A DNA stretch of 64,000 bases from Trichosphaerium sp. ATCC 40318 (Eukaryota; Protista; Tubulinea). The DNA lies in contig JALMLS010000525.1 in NCBI GenBank assembly GCA_038496445.1, positions 124,001 through 188,000 of the forward strand, written 5' to 3'. Below, piece after piece: positions 55,285 through 64,000 of the stretch. Every line of letters begins with the position of its first letter. Position 1 is the stretch's first letter. Made by a program: the position numbers and the translations under genes. The notes under the pieces are model-generated. The model was not told the origin of the DNA. It ran no database searches and was given only the letters and a program-made list of their open reading frames with translations.

Positions 55285-56689
55285 ATGCCACCTAAGAAGA
55301 AGTCTAATAAAAATGCCAAAAAGGTTGTTCAGAAACAAAAAAAGCAGCTGGAGGATAAAACCTTTGGAATGAAGAATAAAAAAGGTACGTAGCGCGTAGG
55401 AAACAAAATTTGGCCAAACGTAATATTTGTACAGGAAGAAAAGCACAGGGTAAAATTAATGTACAAAGAGACCTCCCAAACGTTGTATTAATCTTTGTAG
55501 GCCATGAACAAATCAATGAAAGGCTCAAAAGCTGTACACACTTTGATATTGACAATTGCCTCTAATAATCCTACTATAGCATAGACAAATTGAACAAAAC
55601 CGTAAAGCCAACCAAGCCAAAAAAGAGGCAAAAAAAAGGGAGGCAGAAGAGCGCCGGTTGGCTATGCTCAGACAATCAATGGGCGGGCGACAAAAGCAGC
55701 AAAAAGAGGCACCTGTAGTTGGTACGTATGCGCTCTTGCAAGCACCACAGTCTCTGAATTCTGCGTTGAGATTTTTCATGAAATCCTAAAAAATACCACC
55801 AAACTAACTTTATCTTTGTTAGCTCCATCAGTAACGGGTATGATAATGAAGATGAAAGGGTATATTAGATGTTAACGAATACACTTAGATTTTTTAAAAG
55901 AGAATAAGCAAAAGACAAAGCTCAGCATGCTTGCTCTCGACGAGCGTACGGTTTCTTTTACTTGTTTCAATTTTCGAAGCAAAAACCGAAAAAAGGCCTT
56001 AATTGACTTGTATAGAAATTAAATTGGCTGGAACTCCAGAAGGAGAAGGATTAGATCCTATTGAAGACATCCTCGAGAAGGCAGTAAGTATTAGCGCTGA
56101 GCAACTCAGATTTTTGATGGTTTTTTTTATTTTCCTTACGATTTTTTATTCGAAACGATCCTTATAAATATTTAGCGTCAAAAATGCCGTGGTGGACGAC
56201 CAGTTACGCGAGAGACGTTCATGCAATGGAAAGAAAAGATTAAAAAGCTTGAGGAAGCTGATAAATTGGCTGTTGACAAGGAGCGTGCAAAAATGTTGAA
56301 AGTACGGGAACCTTTTTTTTCGTTGCGAACAAAAAGTCTAACTGTCCTTGAAACTTTAGTCTGGAAAGGTCAAAATGACTGGAAAGGAGCTCTTTACAAA
56401 CAAGAAGGAGTTAGCATTCGAAGACAATGATACAGCTGACGGTGATGTCATGGACTTGACAGCCTTCAAAAAGGAAGAAGAAGAGGTACGCCGATATCTT
56501 TCTCTTTGAAACTTGTTTAAAAAAAAACCACGTGTTGATCAATATTAGGAGCAAATTGGAGATCCTTTGGATCAAGTTCCTGTAGAGATCCTACAAAAGA
56601 TTCTAGAGAACGTGAATACCAAGCTTTTCGATACTACGGATCCAATACTAAACCAAGAGATTGTTCTACAAGTCAAAGTAGGTGCTTAA
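55285..56689 (+). CDS. ZC3H15/Tma46 (DFRP1)-like protein apparently lacking CCCH fingers; 1-nt indel near 55380-55450
   Basis: MPPKKK...EDKTFGMKNKKG N-terminus; IEDILEKAR...PVTRETFMQWK...TGKELF DFRP C-terminal motif. Confidence 0.8.
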
Positions 56690-57128
56690 AAAACATTTAC
56701 TTTTTTTGTTTTGGAGGAAAAGAAAAGGTGTGTACAGATGAGGGAAGAGTAAGTTGTAGTTAATAACCAAGATGACTACGACTTCTCTGTAGAGATTTTT
56801 TTTGGCCTTGAACCCCCTTTTGTTTTTTTGCAAATAGAGGTATTTGTCAGAAATAAACAAATGTATTACTGTCTATAAACTTGGTTGTGTTAGCACTCAC
56901 TTTGCAAAAATAACGATATGAAGCTGAACAGATTCTGGCCCATAGAAATAATATTTCGACAATTGTGCAGTTTGTATTGTGTTGTGGAGTATATTAGGGC
57001 CTATTTCAGGGCCTGGTACAAGATTGGTACATTAACGTGGTGTTACTAGAATGAAAATAAAGTTGATAAGTTTTTCTCTCCAAAGAGTCCGCTGTATCGA
57101 TAGTGTAATGTCGGATTCACATTTAATA

Positions 57129-58733
57129 CTATTCAATATCGAGTGCTTGTACTAATGCCATTATTGCCCAGCTACAGATTACATCCTAAGTTTGGTTGTC
57201 AACTACTAGCTCAGTCCGCAGTGCAAGCAAAAAAATTCTTTTGGATTGTACCATGATTGAAGTGACAACAGGAATAGAAACATTATCCGGATCTACCTTG
57301 AAAAATATACCAGCAGCAACTACATAATAAGCAACGAAAGAAGCAAATGAAATGACAACCGTTACAACTCCTACTAGAACCACAGTTTTGTAGTAAGGAT
57401 GTGGTCCATAAAGGAGTAGATACCCAAGTACTAACATATTAATTGTCAAGGCACTTAATGCAAGTACCTAAAACTTGTTAAGTTCTGGAGATGAACCGCG
57501 AAAATCGCTTACACCTGCTTCTTTAAGCATTTTAATGGAGGGAAACCAAGGAAGTGACCCCAAGTTGTTTTCCACCTACAAGTAATTAACTTACATTTTT
57601 TAGCACGTGACACCAACCTTTTGCAAGTTAAACCATGTGCTCGCACGCGCTGCAAAGACTGAGCCAACACTACCGCCCAATGAATTAAGTAATGGTAGCA
57701 CTACCATAAGCTTGACAACATCATCATTATCTAGCACTCATTTGGTTATGGCACGTGCGTTGACTTGTAAGTCCTCACCTGTGTTTTGTTTTGTTTCTGC
57801 TTTGTCAAGTTCTAGCTCTAAAGCAACGCCAGCAAAAAAACTTACAAGTGTACATACCAACAATACACTGTATCTCTCCCTACCAGTGATATCAGAACAA
57901 GAATTGATTGTAGAAATAACGTACTTAAAAATAGTGGCGAGCTTCTTCAAAGAAATCAACTGTGTAGCAAACCCCAACATTGCTAGAATAATTACTGGTG
58001 TTAAAAAAACAGCAACAGTGTCTATGTAGATGCCCATAGCTTTAGCAATAGCTACTGATACCAAAACGAGAGGTAGGGTTATAAGATCTCCACAAGTTGT
58101 TATGAGAGGAGGTGCGATATTATCAGGGTTTAGCTTAAAGTGAAGGGCTCCTTTGACGACAACATATACCAATACAACCAATACAAAAGCCGACGAAAAT
58201 GCTGATAACGTTGCGATTGTTTGTAAGGTTAGAGAAGATGTTATCTTAATACCAAAGAATGGACATAGAGTTTGTGCAAGGAGGACAATAAAGAATGAAA
58301 GACTTGCTACCTCAACGAAACTCATTAAAAATCTTGCTTTTATCAGATTATTTTCTGATTCTTTGTTTGCGCAGTTTTCTGAGTTTTCTGGTAACGCTTG
58401 AATCAGATAGTGTGTGCTTAGTGTGGAGCTAAGGCTTCCATAAACCTGACCTCTAAGCCCTATAATGCCTAGAACAACAGTAAGATGGATAAGTAAGCGT
58501 ATCGTGCCTGGAACCACCGAAAGCAATCCTGGTGTGCTCAAAAACACGTGATTGTAGTGAGAAATTAAAACACCTGGTATAAAACTTATACAAGCGCCCA
58601 ATAGAAAGGATAAACATGATTCCAAATATATAGCTCTTAGTTGGCTCTTTTTTGAATAACTTTCATTATTTCCTTCTCCTATCCCATATTAGGCATTTTT
58701 TAACGTTTTTGTAGCGGTTTTACCAGCTTCCAT
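57129..58733 (-). CDS. SLC41/MgtE-family Mg2+ transporter; start approximate
   Basis: GLRGQVYGSLSSTLS, NPDNIAPPLITTCGDL, GSVGSVFAARAST, DPDNVSIPVVTSIMD (two MgtE repeats). Confidence 0.88.
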
Positions 58734-58991
58734 CACGCCATTCGACGATGTTTAAGTCGAAGCACCGATTTCAATCAATTAAGGTTAAGTTACCACGCCA
58801 TTTGACTCAAGTTGTTCGACATTTCTTAAGCTGCACGCTGTACTCTTGAGAGGAGCTGAGTAGAACCTTTGAGCAATTTCATAAGTGAATAATATGCGAC
58901 AGATTACACGCCATAGTTTGTTCAGATTTTTATCGCTGGTGCAATAACGAAGAGGCTTGGTTGTTAGGGTTTTAATTGATTGATATTTTGA

Positions 58992-61900
58992 CTACAATTT
59001 AGGAAATAGGTTTTTGTGGGTGTAATATTTTTCTCCTGCTGCAAACTGTTTTACAGTATGTCCAGATTGCGAACGTAGCAACCATTTTACTGAGAGCAAA
59101 CCATTAATGCCAACAGGCCCTAAAAACAAAGTCACAAAAAAGAAAGAAAAATCAAGCAATATATGTTACCTCTTGCGTGTATTCTACCAGTTGCAATCCC
59201 AACCTCAGCACCAAGACCAAAACGGAAGCCTAAAGAAACCATAAGGTCTTTATAACATCATCAATCAAGTGTTTACCATCAGCAAACCTCGTGCTACAGT
59301 TATGAAATACGCAAGCACTATCGACATCCCTTTTGAAAGAAAGTTAGAGTTAAGGTTCGAGTTTGATTGTCCGTTACCTTTGAAACAACTTGACACTCTC
59401 AGAATTATTTGTTAGTATTGCTTCTGTATGACCGCTGCCGTTAGCATTGATATGATCTAGAAGATAAACATTTATAAGTTCAACAGAAAAACAAGTTGGA
59501 AAAACCAAAAAAAGTACCAATAGCCTCAGAAACATTGTCTACTATTTCAAGTGTCAACATGTTATCACCATATTCCTCATGAAAAGATTTGGTTTTTGTG
59601 AGACCAAACGTCTTGCAAGCACGTGGTCCTCCGTAAGCCACAATATTGGCTTTGGTGATAGCAGATACTATTTTTTGTGCTGATCCGTTTTTAACGTGTG
59701 CTGCATGGATCAAAAGCGTTTCCAAAGCATTGCATGCAGCTGGATAATCAGTTTTTGCGTCAATAATGATGTTTATAGCAGTGTCTAATCAGAAAAAAAA
59801 TCTGGTTAAAAACGTGATCACATATCAAGGTGTGTTAACATACCAATATCAACGTCTTTGTCTACAAAAATATGGCATATGCCCTCTGCATGACCAAGTA
59901 CAGGTATCTTTGTGTTAGATTGTATGTAAGTAACCAATGATCCAGATCCTCTATACAAAAATTAGAGTTAATTCATTCATGGGTAACTTATAACTTGCCT
60001 TGGGATTACCAAGTCAATGTAGTCATGAAGTTTAAGCAGATTTGGAATGGCTTTACGGCCATGAATGAGTGATATCAAATACCTAACCTTGCATTAATAA
60101 CTTTGTTTAAGAGCAAAAGGGTAAAGGGTACCTGGATGATCTGCTCTTTGTGACTTGTTCTATTGATTCCATTACAATGCGGTGCAATATTGTATTACTT
60201 CTTGCCGCTTCTTTGCCACCTTTGAGGATAAGACCATTTCCACTCTTGATAGCAAGTGCTGCAATTTGTGGTAATGCATCTGGGCGTGCTTCGAAAATAA
60301 CAAGGAGTACACCAAGAGGTACAGATACTTTTTCCAGTATGAGACCGCTAGCGAGTTCTGTACGCTTAAGTACACGTCCTATAGGTTCTGTTGATGTCCC
60401 AATTTGTCTGATGCCGGTAACCAATGTCTTTTATGAAACACGTGTCAGTTTGTTTACAACAATTGTACTTTTTTACAGATGACGTACCTGAAGTTTCTGT
60501 GGTGTTAGTTTGAGCCTCTTTATGAGTGGTTTATCTATTCCGTTTGCAATAGCATCTTTCATGTCTATGGCGTTTTCTCTGGGCTAATCTGAGCGGCGCT
60601 GAGGTTTAAAGAAAGGAGCGTACGCCAGAATCTTTGAGCTTTGTTGCATTATTTTATCTGCTATGTTCTCTAGGATAGCTGCTCGTTGTTCAGTGCTAAG
60701 CTTTACTGCTTGTCTGCTTGCTTGTCGTACAGCCTTGGCGAGTTTAATCTCGGCATTGTTGGAAGTTCGCTTCAATTCCCTACATTTAACGTGTCAGACA
60801 AGCAAAAACTTGTTACAACAGCCACTTGCATCTCAGGATTTTTGATAAACAAGGTACCAACCGTTTCGCCTTTAAACAATCGAACAATAGAATCTTTAGA
60901 ATATCCAGAAGCAATGACGACCATCTTTTTTTTAAAAAGAGATTAACAACAGGATTGAGATTCATAAATTGCACCTTGACTCCACCCAATAGAGCATCCT
61001 TGGCTGCGTCTATTTTAGCTTGCATGCCACCTTTTTGCACAATTAGCGACAACAATGAATCCTGTATCTAAATACCTCTTCCTACACGTGACTTGGTGCC
61101 AATCTCGTAATCTGTTTCGCCATTGACGTACGTATTAATGAGTTTCTAAAAGAGACGATTATTAATCAACACTGAACTTGGATACGCATACTGAGCCTGT
61201 ATCCGAAGGGTGACCAGTGTATAAACCATCGACATCAGTGAGTAAAATAACCAAATCGGCATTTACTTCACGTGCTACTAAACCAGCAAGAGAGTCATTA
61301 TCCCAAAAGAGTTTCTCTTGGACATCTGTGTAAGGCGTTTTTCGAGTACTTTGCAAAAAAATTACAATTTGGCACCGGTTGGGTCACATGGCTCACCTCA
61401 ATACATCGTTCTCGTTCAATACAGGAAGCACACCTACCTGTAATAGATTCTCCAAAGTATGACGTATATTGTATCGTCTTTCAGGATGCTTGAAATCCTC
61501 ATCTGTGACAAGAACTTGAGACAAGGATACCTCCTTTTGTGAGAATAGAGTATCATATACGGCCATCAAACGGCTCTGACCGGACGCAGCGCATTCTCTA
61601 GGACCCGACTACACACAAAGGGGGTAAGGATAAGGATAGTTAAAAATAGTAGGCGAAGTTGAATCGAAACTCGCAAACTTTGATACGGAACTAGCTACTA
61701 AAAAGGCGCTCGTACGTATTGTGATGACACAGTATCGCGAACGTGAGCGCGCAAAGGGGCGCTAAGAAGTGTTTGACCACGTATAAGACGCCTTCCCATT
61801 CCTAACAAACAAATTTTAAGTGTTACAAACACCTTCTCCGCTCGTAAGTGATGGCTGTCGTACCGATAGAACCGCTAGTTACGAATATAACCTGTTTTCC

Positions 61901-62041
61901 CACATGAATCAACTCTGCTATCTGTTCCACAATGTGGCCGAGCCTGCCAAGCGCCAGAGACCCATCAGCTTGCGTAACAACGCTTGTTCCCACTTTTACG
62001 ACAATACGCTTGAAATACTGAATGTCTTCTCTAGTGCTCAT
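58992..62041 (-). CDS. P5CS: Bifunctional delta-1-pyrroline-5-carboxylate synthase (glutamate 5-kinase + gamma-glutamyl phosphate reductase)
   Basis: [83 protein letters not shown]. Confidence 0.97.
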
Positions 62042-62157
62042 GATAAAAACCTACTAGGTACTCTAAGCGCGTGTTTGAGAGCGTGCGAAGTATTTTCCCT
62101 TGTGTAAATTCCACACTTTTCTTATTCACATATAATACGCGAGGGTGAGTTACAAAC

Positions 62158-63933
62158 ATGTTGTTACGAACTACTAGCCGTTTATCAATCGCTAGAAAAG
62201 GTGCGTTGAGAAAAACTGTCAATTTATCCGTTTCGACGGTCATTTTATGCGTGAAGGAGTGCTGACATTCATCTAGTCGTGCCTGTGACACGTAGGATAA
62301 CTACAACACATAACAATAAACAAAATAGATGGAAACAATCAACACGTACGTCTATCGCCCAAACAGACCATTACGAGTGACAAGCCACATCTGGTTCTTA
62401 ATACTCTTCATTATGAACTTAAGCTTACAAAATCATTCAGAGCGTACCACTCGTCGCTTCACAACTAGTATTAATGAACCTACACAACACCTGATCAAAA
62501 AATCAAATTATTTTGTGGTTGGTGTGGCTGCAGCCATAGCACTCGCTTTCGGTTACATGAGCGAAACAAAGGCTGAGGACGAAGAAGAGCCAGCAATGAA
62601 GTTTGAGGACATGGAGTGGGATGAAGAAACATCCTTGCTTCACCGTCTCATCCCAGAAGGTACTTTAAACCCTTTATTACGATCGTTTTGTGACACCCAT
62701 AACCAATAGAGACATGGAAAATGGACGACGTCACTCAATACTGGGACTTTCTACTTACGCGATACATGATCGCTTATGCCAACAAACGCCTTCGTTACTA
62801 TGGAGATAAGCTAACAGAGATAATGTCAGGCTTACTCGTAATGGTGTGTGCAAGGGAGAGCATAGAACCAGGGTACCACAACACACATCTAAAAAAAGCC
62901 ATGGTTACAAGCAGCTAGTTGGCATTAAATTTTTTTTGTTGAATTTAGCCTTGACATGTTTTTTGCAGTGCACCACGGTCAGCTTTGGTTCTGCAAGAGG
63001 CTATCATGAAGCAACCACAGAAACTAGAAGAACACTACAAATTCTGTTGTGATGCTATATTCCCTGAAAACAATGGAGCAGCGTACGTACAACAATGGCT
63101 TGATGATAGCTCTATTTTCTATTTAGCTAATTATTGTTAGTGTACATTTTATTGCAGAGGCCTTGTGGCGTATTTACTCCAAAAAATCATTGGAATTATT
63201 GCAAGACCTACAAAAGAAAGTGGTTAAGAGAGGGTACGGTCCATTGTTGTTGCCTTGGTTGTGTAGTAATTGGAGTTATAGTAAATCTCACCCTGATTGC
63301 GGCTACGAGGATGAAGCTACGAGAATACAAACGCTATTCAAGCGTCGACCAGACTGGCGTCTCATATCGAGAGAGGAGTTCACAGTACGTTCAAAATACG
63401 TGCTCATGTTTTGCTCATCAATGTGTGTAGGTGACATCCTTGGATGACTTGGACAGACTCGTATTACATTATTTCTTAACAGCGGATAAGACAGCTATCC
63501 GCCTCATGTGCGATGTCACAGCTCCTTTGCTCGAGCCAGAGGAATATTCACGACAGCACGCACTGTACACCAAGGGAGAATTAGACGATATCGCTCCGCT
63601 TTTGGGCACGTGATACGCACTTTTTTTTGTTCTAAATTAACTGAATGTATAGGACATACAGCATACGTTCTATTGGATTGGATGGCAGCAGTGCACCCAC
63701 TGTGTTATCAAGAGGTTTATAGATACTCTCTTATTGAAAAATACGCCAAAAATTCAAAGTTTGCACCAACCGATGACAGCCCAGAATCTAACTTGAAGCG
63801 GTCGTACATGTCAAACCAACAACTACAAATTGCGACTGAGCTTAGTGCCAGTTATGCCAATGGTCAACTACCTCTAGATATGCCATCAGAGCTTAAACAG
63901 TACATAGCCCATGGCGCGTACTTCGTCAACTGA
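62158..63933 (+). CDS. Hypothetical mitochondrion-targeted single-TM protein
   Basis: Presequence-like MLLRTTSRLSIARK...; TM FVVGVAAAIALAFGYM; GT-AG exons to TGA at 63931-63933. Confidence 0.65.
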
Positions 63934-64000
63934 AAAAAACCCAATAAATAAATCAATTGACCAAAAATACCGTTGGTTTTGAAAAGAATTTTATAGTACC

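Overview
Gene-dense, AT-rich eukaryotic nuclear DNA using the standard genetic code. By eye there are roughly 250-300 short spliceosomal introns, mostly 40-60 nt with GTACGT/GTAAGT donors and some GC-AG. Gene content (34-kDa actin-bundling protein family, PPi-dependent PFK, sedolisin, saposins, DOMON monooxygenase) suggests an amoeboid protist, probably an amoebozoan (inference). About 29 protein-coding genes were reconstructed by manual splicing, so internal boundaries and some termini are approximate. One U4 snRNA is nested in an intron. Highlights: (1) a single polypeptide joining a bacterial-type PARG macrodomain to a DarT/ART-like domain, a candidate ADP-ribosylation writer-eraser fusion (28416-33746); (2) a PH-DEP-AIFM2/FSP1-NmrA four-domain fusion (12310-16141); (3) a candidate 1-nt microexon in a GH31 gene (10291); (4) an intronic U4 snRNA in an SLC38A9 homolog; (5) strong enrichment of the palindrome CACGTG, especially in introns; (6) a secreted His/Met-repeat protein. 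Several 1-nt frameshifts at homopolymers look like long-read assembly errors. No CRISPR array, tRNA, rRNA or transposon was recognised.
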